Shown here: piece after piece, positions 36,804 to 46,049 of the stretch | Numbering within the stretch: the first letter of the stretch is position 1 | How the letters are laid out: every line of letters begins with the position of its first letter | Source: Giardia intestinalis | Taxonomy: Eukaryota | Reading direction: 5' to 3' (one strand) | Assembly: GCA_000002435.2 (NCBI GenBank) | Contig: CM018792.1 | DNA length: 64,000 bases | Position numbers and translations under genes: made by a program | The notes under the pieces: model-generated | Told to the model about the DNA's origin: nothing | Seen by the model: only the letters and a program-made list of their open reading frames with translations | Database searches by the model: none

Positions 36804-39800
36804 ATGTCCCTCACCATTGCGCTCGAGGAGTCGCGCCAGGCCACCGCGAACGTGGGCGCCCCCATCTACGCAACGGCATCCATTGAGGGCCTCTACCCTC
36901 CCCCAGACTACGACTTTGTCTACCAGTTCTCAACAGCTGAGGCATCCGACGCACCGACGTACAGGGTCGTGCAGCCGTACTCTATCGACCGCCGCTGCAT
37001 ATTTTTTTCCCTGGCCCTGGGGCAGCTCTTACTGAAGTGCGAGGTTCGTCTTGCTCCTCGTCGCCTGACAACACCCCTCGACCTCGAAACGTCACTCAGT
37101 CAACCCCACATGCAAATGATTCTTCGTAAGCCCACTCTTCTCTTAAACGCACAGGCGGGGGAAACTTCTCCATTTACCAAATACCTAGAAAATCCCATTC
37201 TGTCGTCGTCAATTTCTATCAATGTGAAAACGGTCGGGACGCAGGTCCCGCCTTGCATGGTCCCCCTTCCCAATACAATCTCCCCAATATATGTTGTCCC
37301 AGAACATCAGGTCCAGCCTATGGCGAAAGTCCGCATTATTATCAAGCCGCACATTCCTGTCCTTGCTGCCAACGCAGAACAGAAAAGGGAGGCTAAGAAT
37401 AATAACCTCTTCATAACTCCCTCTATGGTCCCTCCTCCAGATCTCTTTTCCGAGGCCGGCTTTTTCACGGAAGCAGTGGCGAGGGATGGAACAAAGAAGA
37501 AGGGGCTTTTCTCGGGATCCAAGAAAGACAAGGACGAGCTGGAGATATCATGCAACCTCTGCAAGGGATATATACCGCCCGTTAAAGACCTTGTTTTAAC
37601 CGAGTGGCAGGACGTTCCCCCAGGGAAGCCATACTTCATTCCTTTGTTTGGCATTCTTCCCAATAAGCTCTACGAGTTCAGACACCAGGTCCTTGACCCC
37701 GTTGCTGACAGGCGTTTTGAGCTTAAGGAACCCATCATTTTCCAGGCAGAGACTATTGGCATGAAGTCCTGGCTCGTTCCTTATCAATTTACTCCCCTCT
37801 TCGCGAGTGATCAAAATGAGCGTAACTTCTTCGTATCTACGTCGGGCGTTGCAGCATTCAAGGAGTTTGTGGCAATTTCTGGCGAAAAAACAGCATCGGA
37901 TCTTTTTCTCAAAATAAATAGCTCTGGTGTCAGTGAGGCAGCTATGTATACGCCATACGGGCAAATGATGATCTTCATACACAACTCTGTGCAGCAAGGA
38001 GCTAAGATAATTCATTGCCACAAGGACGCTGTGATGACGATCTCTGCCGGTCTCTGTGATTGGTTGCATAATGGTAATTTCGAAGCACATGTTGAGACGC
38101 AGGATGACGATGAGTTTGGGGCACAATCAGGGGTGCAGCCGCTTGAGACGTCTGTTCCCGCCCCTTCGTCTGACACCAAGGAGAAGGGTAGAGAAGAACG
38201 GAAGATCAAGAAATTAACACCGAAAGGGATTGGCGAGTTGGTCTGCAAGAGCCTTCAGATCTCAAGTGGCACTGACTCCATTTACATGAATCAATACATC
38301 TACTCCAGTGCCATTAACGGAAGCCCAATGAGGATGTTTAGTTTGGGATACATTAACTCCTCCCTTATGAGAAAAGCTCTGGCAAGCTTGGATTCCGGTC
38401 AAGAGCCAATTCCATATAGGCCGATGGTCGCTGCAACATACGTAGAGCTTCTGGAGAATCGGGAAATAATCCTTGCTGGATTGGCAGAGGTCCCATTCAC
38501 TCGCACCAACTATCCCGTGTTGTTCGAGAAAGTATCGCAACAGATCAATCATTTGCTCGGTAATATGAAGGCATACTCCGGATCCGACCAGAAAAATTCG
38601 AGGAAAGTACTTGGGGTGGACTCCTCCCTGCTGACCGCTGCTGTGTTCCACTTAGATATGAGTGGACACGTGACTGAGACGTTCTATGCATGTGATATGT
38701 TCCCTGATGTCATGAATATGGTTCAGTTTACTGAATTGGCCTGGAATAGAAACGAGAAAGGATGCCTCATTCCCGGGTACTACACACAAAGCAAATTCAC
38801 ATTGATCCATAGCTATGTTTCCTCAGTGGACTGTACCCAGACAGATTGCCTACTTGTCTTACCACGTCAATCTTCCCTTGTGAAGCTTACGTATGGGTCT
38901 TTCAAATCCACGCAGCCTCGATCCCGTGCAGTCCCGCCAACGATTCCGTTGACACCCCAGCCAAGTCTCGCTACTGCCCAGCCATCAACGCAGCCAAGTC
39001 CCCAACAAGCACCTCCTGCTTATGCCCCTGCTGCTGGACCTTACGCATCCATGCAAAGTAATGCCTATAACACCTCTTACAATGCAGTAGGTAATATTTA
39101 CTCCATGCCCTCTTCGAATCCATATATGTCAGCTCCAGCGTCTTCCTTCCCATCTCAAACTCTTGTACAAAACTATCCTACGGCTCCTACTGTTCCTTCG
39201 CAGCTTCATACCCAGGCTCCAGCTCAAGGGCATGCCCCGCCAAATCCATACGCAATAGCCTCTGCTCCCCAGCCCTTGCCACCGGCAGCAAATCCATATC
39301 TAGTGGCCAATCCGTATCTTAAGCCTACTACTCAACCCAAGAATATTGATGGGGATGCACCTGCTCTTCTCACTGGTCTGGATGCGCTTAAAGGAGGGGC
39401 CCAAGATTCTGTGATACTCTCAGCAAACATAGGCACTTCAACATGCAGCGATTACCTTATTAATATCCTTGGGGTTTGCTATCCTCTTGCTGCCTCTAGA
39501 ATATCTGGTTCTATCTACATGGTTTGCAACACACCTTCAGCCATAGAGCTTATCGCGTTCTCTACGCCCTATTTTGTGGGGCGTGGTCCGAAGACCCATG
39601 CAGAGCTCTTAAACGATTCTACTGGCGGTACAGCTACTATTGAAAGGTATGATACGTCCTTGCAAGAGGCTGAGGCTGTGACAGTGCAGCATAAGATTGT
39701 TCTCCAGCGCGGAAAGGCGACTGTTGCTCGCATTCTAACTCTTCCACAAGGTGGCTGCGTGGTTGCCTGGATGGAGGACGGGCAGAATATCTGGAAGGTC

Positions 39801-39881
39801 ATGGAGATCAACAACGGGCTTCTGATGTTTGCTGGGAAGATAGCAAATGCAGAGGACATTAGTCTCCTTCCGACCTTCTGA
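36804..39881 (+). CDS. large hypothetical protein (1025 aa) with C-terminal P/Q/A/Y/N-rich low-complexity (prion-like) region
   Basis: ATG in an aaaATG context, 16 nt after the tRNA. It is a long uninterrupted ORF. Residues about 700-850 are a low-complexity tract with NPY/PY motifs. No recognised catalytic domain. Confidence 0.5.
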   Translation: MSLTIALEESRQATANVGAPIYATASIEGLYPPPDYDFVYQFSTAEASDAPTYRVVQPYSIDRRCIFFSLALGQLLLKCEVRLAPRRLTTPLDLETSLSQPHMQMILRKPTLLLNAQAGETSPFTKYLENPILSSSISINVKTVGTQVPPCMVPLPNTISPIYVVPEHQVQPMAKVRIIIKPHIPVLAANAEQKREAKNNNLFITPSMVPPPDLFSEAGFFTEAVARDGTKKKGLFSGSKKDKDELEISCNLCKGYIPPVKDLVLTEWQDVPPGKPYFIPLFGILPNKLYEFRHQVLDPVADRRFELKEPIIFQAETIGMKSWLVPYQFTPLFASDQNERNFFVSTSGVAAFKEFVAISGEKTASDLFLKINSSGVSEAAMYTPYGQMMIFIHNSVQQGAKIIHCHKDAVMTISAGLCDWLHNGNFEAHVETQDDDEFGAQSGVQPLETSVPAPSSDTKEKGREERKIKKLTPKGIGELVCKSLQISSGTDSIYMNQYIYSSAINGSPMRMFSLGYINSSLMRKALASLDSGQEPIPYRPMVAATYVELLENREIILAGLAEVPFTRTNYPVLFEKVSQQINHLLGNMKAYSGSDQKNSRKVLGVDSSLLTAAVFHLDMSGHVTETFYACDMFPDVMNMVQFTELAWNRNEKGCLIPGYYTQSKFTLIHSYVSSVDCTQTDCLLVLPRQSSLVKLTYGSFKSTQPRSRAVPPTIPLTPQPSLATAQPSTQPSPQQAPPAYAPAAGPYASMQSNAYNTSYNAVGNIYSMPSSNPYMSAPASSFPSQTLVQNYPTAPTVPSQLHTQAPAQGHAPPNPYAIASAPQPLPPAANPYLVANPYLKPTTQPKNIDGDAPALLTGLDALKGGAQDSVILSANIGTSTCSDYLINILGVCYPLAASRISGSIYMVCNTPSAIELIAFSTPYFVGRGPKTHAELLNDSTGGTATIERYDTSLQEAEAVTVQHKIVLQRGKATVARILTLPQGGCVVAWMEDGQNIWKVMEINNGLLMFAGKIANAEDISLLPTF

Positions 39882-39932
39882 TCCAACCCGGGACGGACTT
39901 AGAATTTACTACCTGTGAATACCGTTTTTGCG

Positions 39933-41876
39933 TTATCTAAGTGTCATGTTTTGAACGGTGTTTCCGACTTCGCGTGCTAGGCGACTGTCCTCGGTGTCTC
40001 CATCACCTGCAAGTGTATGAAGAAGACTGGAAAGAAATTCGCCCGTTCTCTGCGAAAAGGACTGATTCGCCTTTGCAAGGATTCGTGTCAGATTGAATAC
40101 CTCCTTGCAAATGGTGTGCTTTGCTGTGCACATCTTTGAATTTTTCAGATAACCCATGATTGTCTGTGTAGATGGATCGGAGTCTAAAGATTCTACAATA
40201 TAGGCCCCCAAAATCCTCACCAAGCACTTAGCAATTAGACAGCAGTCCTGCCAAGAGGCCATATTGGAGTTTATATATTGTTGGAAGCGTGGCAGGATAT
40301 CACTGGTGAACTTGTTCAATCCGTAGGCCAAAAACATCAACGACAAAAGCGTGGCAGTGCGGTCGCGGACCAAGTCAGACGTGTCCTGGAGCCAGATCGG
40401 GAAATTAGTTAGAATATGATTGTAGATGTTGGGATGCTTTACCTGTACCAGTCGCTCAACAGATTCTATCAATGTGAGCCGTGTTCTCCACTGAATTTCC
40501 GTGTTGGTCATTTTGCAATGATTGTGTATGATTTTAGCAGCAACCTCCTGGAGACGATAGTCGACAGTTGAGTCTAGATACGCGTCTGTCAAAGCAACTA
40601 GCGCATGAGAGTGCACATCGATGTTAGCATCCATTGATAGCTTGAGCGCCATGTCGCATATTGTCGCCATCAGATTTTTGAGCTCCTCTGGCTGGAGACC
40701 TTTCTCCTGGATTGCTTTTGTTACCGGGTAGATACAGTGATCTGCAAGGCTGCACCTTGTCGCTGTGTCTGAGTCTGTAATGCGCTGGGCTAGGGCTGGC
40801 AGCATAGATTTCTGGAGAGAAGACGCATCCAAATAAGGTATTACGCTAGGAGCGAGACTCAGGGTGAGAGCCCGGATCTCTGGCTCATTGTCTTCGGATA
40901 ATAGACGATACATGACTGCGCAGTCGGAAGTATCCAGCTTTTTATGCATCTGTGCAAAAAAGAGCGGCATGATTTCTGCCGTATTTTTACGTACCAGCCA
41001 GTGACGATCGGTGGTGGCACGGGACACCGTCTTTATCAAAGCGGGCAACACTTCCTTGAGGTCTCGGGCCTCCTTTTGAAGAGACTGGTTTGTTGAGGAC
41101 TGCCCCTTAATTAGGACCGCCAGCTTGAGGAGGAGAAGTCCATTGATGACATTGACTGCACGCACATGGTCAATGGCGTCGAGGGCGAGACGCTCATAGC
41201 ATCTGAACAAAAATGACAGCTTTTGTATATGCTCATCACTCTCCTTCTGCTCAATTGTCAGTTCGATAAACTTCCTGAGGGAGTGGGCACCAACCCGACG
41301 AACTACGGAATCAGCATCCTGCACCCTGTCAGAGAAGATGGTCAGGACATGATTCAAGACTTGGCCCGCGTTAGCCATATTGGACTTCTTAATGTACTGA
41401 TAGAGGTAGGGGATCGACATAACCGAGAACTCTCTCTGTGGCGAGTACTGGGAAATTGCCAGAGTTGATAGAATGTGTGTGATAATTGGAGCCATATCCC
41501 CCGTGTAGTAACTCAAGAAGTGCTCGATGGATATGCTCAGTGCATTGTGAATATGAGGAGCTGTAAACGCCGAAAGCTCTGTAAAGCAGTTGATGAAGAG
41601 CTGAACTGCGGTAGGATCGAGAGTCTGCGTCGCCGATGACAGGCGTACCACTTCTGCAATTCGCTTAGCCAACGCAACGAGCACCTCTTCAGAGGTTTCC
41701 GGAATAATGTTTGTCAGAAAGGGTAAGAGGCGCTTTAGCGTATCTTCTGGTCCGATAGCACGGGCGAGTATAACGACGTTCTGCATGGCAGCAACGCGCA
41801 CATCCAAGTTCAGAACGGCAAGCTCAGTGGCAAAAAAGGCGATGGGATCGAACGACAGGCCAACAGATGACGCCAT
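39933..41876 (-). CDS. protein phosphatase 2A scaffold (A / PR65) subunit, HEAT-repeat protein
   Basis: The ORF track start at 41945 is TTG. ATGs lie at 41930 and 41876. Homology supports 41876 (MASSVGLSFDPIAFFATELAVLNLDVRVAAMQNVVILARAIG, compared with the PR65 N-terminus [34 protein letters not shown]). About 15 HEAT-like repeats follow. Confidence 0.7.
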   Translation of the reverse strand: MASSVGLSFDPIAFFATELAVLNLDVRVAAMQNVVILARAIGPEDTLKRLLPFLTNIIPETSEEVLVALAKRIAEVVRLSSATQTLDPTAVQLFINCFTELSAFTAPHIHNALSISIEHFLSYYTGDMAPIITHILSTLAISQYSPQREFSVMSIPYLYQYIKKSNMANAGQVLNHVLTIFSDRVQDADSVVRRVGAHSLRKFIELTIEQKESDEHIQKLSFLFRCYERLALDAIDHVRAVNVINGLLLLKLAVLIKGQSSTNQSLQKEARDLKEVLPALIKTVSRATTDRHWLVRKNTAEIMPLFFAQMHKKLDTSDCAVMYRLLSEDNEPEIRALTLSLAPSVIPYLDASSLQKSMLPALAQRITDSDTATRCSLADHCIYPVTKAIQEKGLQPEELKNLMATICDMALKLSMDANIDVHSHALVALTDAYLDSTVDYRLQEVAAKIIHNHCKMTNTEIQWRTRLTLIESVERLVQVKHPNIYNHILTNFPIWLQDTSDLVRDRTATLLSLMFLAYGLNKFTSDILPRFQQYINSNMASWQDCCLIAKCLVRILGAYIVESLDSDPSTQTIMGYLKNSKMCTAKHTICKEVFNLTRILAKANQSFSQRTGEFLSSLLHTLAGDGDTEDSRLAREVGNTVQNMTLR

Positions 41877-41995
41877 TTTCTCGGTTCGGCGAACACTGTC
41901 AATTGAATATAAACCATGCGGTTTACACATTGAAATTGCAAACAAATCCTAACAAATTTAAATTCAAATCAGAATTGAGGGGAGCAAAAGTATCG

Positions 41996-42241
41996 ATGAA
42001 CGTGGATCTTCTCTACCCCGACCCCGTCGAAGAGCAGCGCAAACACAAGCTGAAGCGCCTGGTACAGGGGCCAAACTCGTATTTCTTGGAGATAAAGTGT
42101 GCAGGCTGCCAGGACATCGTGGTTGTGTACTCTCATGCGAACACTCCTGTCTTCTGCCCTGGCTGCACATCACAGATTTCTATCCCCACAGGTGGGAAGT
42201 GCGCGTTCACGTCCCAGGTAGAGAGGTACAGACAGAAGTAG
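41996..42241 (+). CDS. RPS27: 40S ribosomal protein S27e
   Basis: Internal ATG of ORF 41867..42241. The 81-aa product MNVDLLYPDPVEEQRKHKLKRLVQGPNSYFLEIKCAGCQDIVVVYSHANTPVFCPGCTSQISIPTGGKCAFT carries the C4 zinc ribbon typical of S27e. Confidence 0.85.
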   Translation: MNVDLLYPDPVEEQRKHKLKRLVQGPNSYFLEIKCAGCQDIVVVYSHANTPVFCPGCTSQISIPTGGKCAFTSQVERYRQK

Positions 42242-42282
42242 AGCCCGTTCTCCAGTAAATCTGCAGCTCAGACACTTAAGCG

Positions 42283-43101
42283 CTAGATCCTCGGTGGGTC
42301 GGCGGTGAGGAGCGCGAACGCAGCACCCAGAGAGAGGCAGAGGCTCCCGAAGCCTACCAGTTCTGCGAAGGAATGACTGTCGAGGTCGATGAAGATGAGC
42401 TGCCGCGCAGACGCCATGATCCCTATGAGAATAATGGACCGGATGTGATCATACCCCGTACTGATCTGTGTGAGGAGGGAGTCAAACAGTTCGGCCACAA
42501 GCAGGACCAGCGTAATACTTCGGATCACCTCTAGGTACTGCACCGTGTCCAGGACCATGTGTGGATACTCCATGTAGGCCCTTACCATGGAATGTCCTAC
42601 ATGGATAATGGACATGACAGAGACAACCACCATGATAACTCCTGCAGGAAGCAAGACATACTTGTCATATATAAAGAGCATAACCAGAACCATGCGGAAA
42701 TAGCATCTGTGCGCCCGGGAGGTGGAAAGGATCTTGTTTGCATCATCAGTAATTGTTGGAAGATGAGATGGTAAAAGTGTGCGGCCCTGGACTATGTGCT
42801 CCCTTCGCATCCGGTGTATCGTATTTATTGCTAAACTAGTGAGCACCTTGATGGACTGTAACTTCTGAGAAAGCCTGTTCATTTGAGGAGAACCTGCAGG
42901 TGAGTATTGCTGCCTCCGCTTATGCGAAGGAAAGAGCATATCTGGAGAGGCGATCACTAAAGACTCATCATGAATATCCAGAGATATTTCATCTGTAGCC
43001 TCCTGTATTGCAAGCTCTTCCTTCGCAAAGTCAATTATCTGGGTGTGCCCAGATGCCGTCTCGCCGCCCAAGTCCAACGACAAGACATCCGTGCCGCTCA
43101 T
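42283..43101 (-). CDS. hypothetical multi-pass membrane protein
   Basis: The ORF track start at 43179 is TTG. The first ATG is at 43101 (MSGTDVLSLDLGG...). The C-terminal half has about 4 hydrophobic helices. Confidence 0.4.
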   Translation of the reverse strand: MSGTDVLSLDLGGETASGHTQIIDFAKEELAIQEATDEISLDIHDESLVIASPDMLFPSHKRRQQYSPAGSPQMNRLSQKLQSIKVLTSLAINTIHRMRREHIVQGRTLLPSHLPTITDDANKILSTSRAHRCYFRMVLVMLFIYDKYVLLPAGVIMVVVSVMSIIHVGHSMVRAYMEYPHMVLDTVQYLEVIRSITLVLLVAELFDSLLTQISTGYDHIRSIILIGIMASARQLIFIDLDSHSFAELVGFGSLCLSLGAAFALLTADPPRI

Positions 43102-43172
43102 TGCACTTTGCCAGCTGCGCTGTGCATACTGTAATAAAACTTTGAATTCAAAAGCAATTGTCAATTTACTAA

Positions 43173-44360
43173 ATGGCAAAGATTGATAAAATATGTTATA
43201 ATAAATTATGTCGAATGAAAAAGTTCATGTACCCCACCATTGTTAGCACAGAATGGCTAGGGGACCACGTGCAAAAGAGTGCAGTTCGTCTATTTGATTG
43301 CACACTCTATTCTGGCATTTCAGCCGCAGAGGCATCAGAGAGGTTCAGCAAGGCTCACATTCCCACAGCGGCACAATTTCGCGTACAGCTAGATATAGAT
43401 GTCGATCTGGATGAATATACCATCATCCCTAAGCCGAACATCTTTGCTAAGTATGTAACCATGGCAGGACTGTCAAGGGGACTGCACTGTGTGTTATATG
43501 ATACAGATGGAAAGAGCGCATATAGAATATGGTGGCTTTTAAATTTCTTCTCCCATCCTAAAGTGTCGATCTATCCTGGCGGTCTTAAGGAGTGGATCGA
43601 GAAAGGAATGCCCATAGACTCCAAGCGGAAAGTACAGCAAATCTCGGTGCCAAAAACCGCCTTTTCTTCACACCCTCGTTTTGAAATGATTGTTAAACCG
43701 TCCGATATACGTCGATTTGTCTTACAGAATATCAGTGATAAAACCGATGTTGTTTCCACCCTGTATCCAAGATTCTTTACAATGATAGAAGAGATTGACA
43801 TGGCCCTTGACTCTAAGTCCTTTGTATCGCGACTCGAAATTGGTGACACAAGCTCATCTTCTAGTCCTACAGAGAATACTGTTAGACAATTGGTTGATGT
43901 CCGTGCAATAAGACGAGATGAACATCCCTGTCAAATAGATTGCAATTACGTTGATCAAGATGAAAGCGGGGATCCTTGTAGTACATCAACGAGCGGAGAG
44001 GGAAGCCTGCACGAAAAAGATCTGCAGGCACTGCATCATACACCACAGACACAGCAAGCACGGTTAGAGTCCATTCCCTTTTCTCTTATAATGCCATATA
44101 CCAGCTTCTTGGATGAAAGTGGTGTGATAGTAGGTAGTTCCGCTGTTCTCAGATCCAAGTTCCGCTCAGCAGGGATAGACATAACAAAGCCGGTGACATT
44201 TTACGGAGATAGTGGATATGAAACTTCTGTTGCTGTATTGGCAGCTGTGTTAGCCAGCGGACAAAGCCCCAGTATCTATAGCATACTAAAGGATCCACTC
44301 CTTAGGTTTTGGTCAGTGTACGGAGGCTCACTAAATACTGCCCACTCCGATGATAAGTGA
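43173..44360 (+). CDS. tandem rhodanese-domain protein (thiosulfate/3-mercaptopyruvate sulfurtransferase-like); active-site Cys apparently absent
   Basis: ATG start. The N-terminal rhodanese domain is strongly TST/MPST-like (IVSTEWLGDHV...HIPTAAQF...HCVLYDTDGKSAYRIWWLLNFFSHPKVSIYPGGLKEWIEKGMPIDS). In the second domain the CRKGVTA active-site loop is replaced by GDSGYETS, judged by eye. Confidence 0.5.
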   Translation: MAKIDKICYNKLCRMKKFMYPTIVSTEWLGDHVQKSAVRLFDCTLYSGISAAEASERFSKAHIPTAAQFRVQLDIDVDLDEYTIIPKPNIFAKYVTMAGLSRGLHCVLYDTDGKSAYRIWWLLNFFSHPKVSIYPGGLKEWIEKGMPIDSKRKVQQISVPKTAFSSHPRFEMIVKPSDIRRFVLQNISDKTDVVSTLYPRFFTMIEEIDMALDSKSFVSRLEIGDTSSSSSPTENTVRQLVDVRAIRRDEHPCQIDCNYVDQDESGDPCSTSTSGEGSLHEKDLQALHHTPQTQQARLESIPFSLIMPYTSFLDESGVIVGSSAVLRSKFRSAGIDITKPVTFYGDSGYETSVAVLAAVLASGQSPSIYSILKDPLLRFWSVYGGSLNTAHSDDK

Positions 44361-44426
44361 CCTCAACCTGATCATCGTACACCCCCATAAATATTACATA
44401 TTCCTCTCCACCAATATTTAATAATT

Positions 44427-46049
44427 CTATTGCACCATATTTTCGTCTGATGGCAGTGATTCTAAGAGTTCAGGTAGTATAGGCAGGTATGTAAGCAGTG
44501 ATCCGTTGGATGCTGTAACAACCATGGAAGTGCCCGGTACAAACCTGAAACACTTTCGGACCATTTGGCCACACTTAGCTACACTCCCGGGACTCCATAT
44601 TACACCATCAATATCGCATGCTTCTTGGTGGTCTGATGGGGGTGTCGACCTATTCGATATGTCCCAATATATCGAGTCTCCTATTCCGTTGAGGCTAGCC
44701 AGTACTACCACGTTATCATCCGGGCTCCACTCAATGTACTGGTTACTAACGAAAGTAAAGATGTGTGAGAAGCAGAGACGTCCATCTGGTTGCTTCTTAA
44801 AAGAGTCTGCTATCTGTCTACAAGTACCCAAATCAAAATCTATTAGGATATAAGGAGTCGTGTTATTCCTAGCTGCTGACTCATTTGTTCGCATAAATAC
44901 ATCCAGGAGATGGGGTATTTCTGGAAAGTGGAGTCGAGCAATCAGTCTGGCTTCCTGAGCAGATCCCCTGGCTATCAGATGAGCAGAGGGGCCAGAAGAG
45001 GCCGTAGAGACGCGAGGTACAAATCCTTGATCAATTAGGTATACTGCCATGTGAGTTTTAAACGCTAAAAGTAGCTTAGTGCCATCGTTAGAAATAGATA
45101 CTCTCTGTATTCCTTTACATTCTCTGGCCTCATCAAATGATAGAACCTTTATTATGGAGGGCTCAAGGCTGTGCCTACTTGCATGTGAAGCGCCTCTCTG
45201 CCCCATCGCCGAGGTATGCTCTGTCACTATCTTTTCATCGATGTGGATGAAGTAAACCCTTGTACCAGATGCAACAGCAATTGTGCCGTGTTTGGGGGTA
45301 GTAGCAACAGATATTAAGTTCGGAAAGGCTATCCTCGCTGGCTTGATCGAGCGAGTGCCTGAAATACTATTCAATTGACATACTGTAAGGGTTCGAGGTT
45401 CTACAAGATAGATGAACGATGTCCCAGACTTCATTGCAGCACCTTGCTGGTTAGACGGATCAGATTTCACCGCCGCTGAACCAACTGATGAGAACGGGTG
45501 ACTTTCACTAATAATCTCAACAGGCTCACAAGAGCAGAAAACGCGCTTAACTGATATGCATGCACGTTTGTAATCCGTGGGGATCTCTACTACTATTATG
45601 TAATGAGGTGCCTCTTCTGTCACTATCAAGACGCTCAATACAGGGGTCGATACTTCATACAATGGTTGCTGTCCGAACGGGGTTTTTAATTGCAATTCAG
45701 AGCAGATACAAGCGCTTCGCACTGTGAATCTCTCGCCCATTCCCTGAGCTTGTTGGTCCTGCTTTGGTACTATCTCGATAATAGATAAACAATCGCCGCT
45801 AAGAGCGTTATAGATATACAAAAGTGGCCCAGCAATTACAATCATGAAGTCTGGAAAGCGTGGATGAAAACCGATAAAGGAAATATCTGCGTTAGTGGAG
45901 AGTGCTCGCAACTTGAGCTCTTCAGAGATTTGCTTAGATAGGGCAGTATCATGATAGGGCAACCATCCAGATCCTTCGGCTATAGGGCGCCCTACTTGGC
46001 GCATCTTCTCCATCACGCCTCCATCCATGGATATCAGAGGCCCAGGCAT
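44427..46049 (-). CDS. hypothetical protein, possible beta-propeller/WD-like (540 aa)
   Basis: ATG start. It is a long ORF with beta-strand-rich periodicity. No firm motif. Confidence 0.4.
   Translation of the reverse strand: MPGPLISMDGGVMEKMRQVGRPIAEGSGWLPYHDTALSKQISEELKLRALSTNADISFIGFHPRFPDFMIVIAGPLLYIYNALSGDCLSIIEIVPKQDQQAQGMGERFTVRSACICSELQLKTPFGQQPLYEVSTPVLSVLIVTEEAPHYIIVVEIPTDYKRACISVKRVFCSCEPVEIISESHPFSSVGSAAVKSDPSNQQGAAMKSGTSFIYLVEPRTLTVCQLNSISGTRSIKPARIAFPNLISVATTPKHGTIAVASGTRVYFIHIDEKIVTEHTSAMGQRGASHASRHSLEPSIIKVLSFDEARECKGIQRVSISNDGTKLLLAFKTHMAVYLIDQGFVPRVSTASSGPSAHLIARGSAQEARLIARLHFPEIPHLLDVFMRTNESAARNNTTPYILIDFDLGTCRQIADSFKKQPDGRLCFSHIFTFVSNQYIEWSPDDNVVVLASLNGIGDSIYWDISNRSTPPSDHQEACDIDGVIWSPGSVAKCGQMVRKCFRFVPGTSMVVTASNGSLLTYLPILPELLESLPSDENMVQ

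Noticed and set aside
3586-41945. ORF-track start coordinates at 3586, 3681, 5205, 6156, 8035, 15448, 19208, 20869, 33805, 41945, 43179 and 58229
   Set aside because: Checking the codons shows these are TTG or GTG, so the track uses a bacterial start table. For a eukaryote I moved each gene to its first in-frame ATG.
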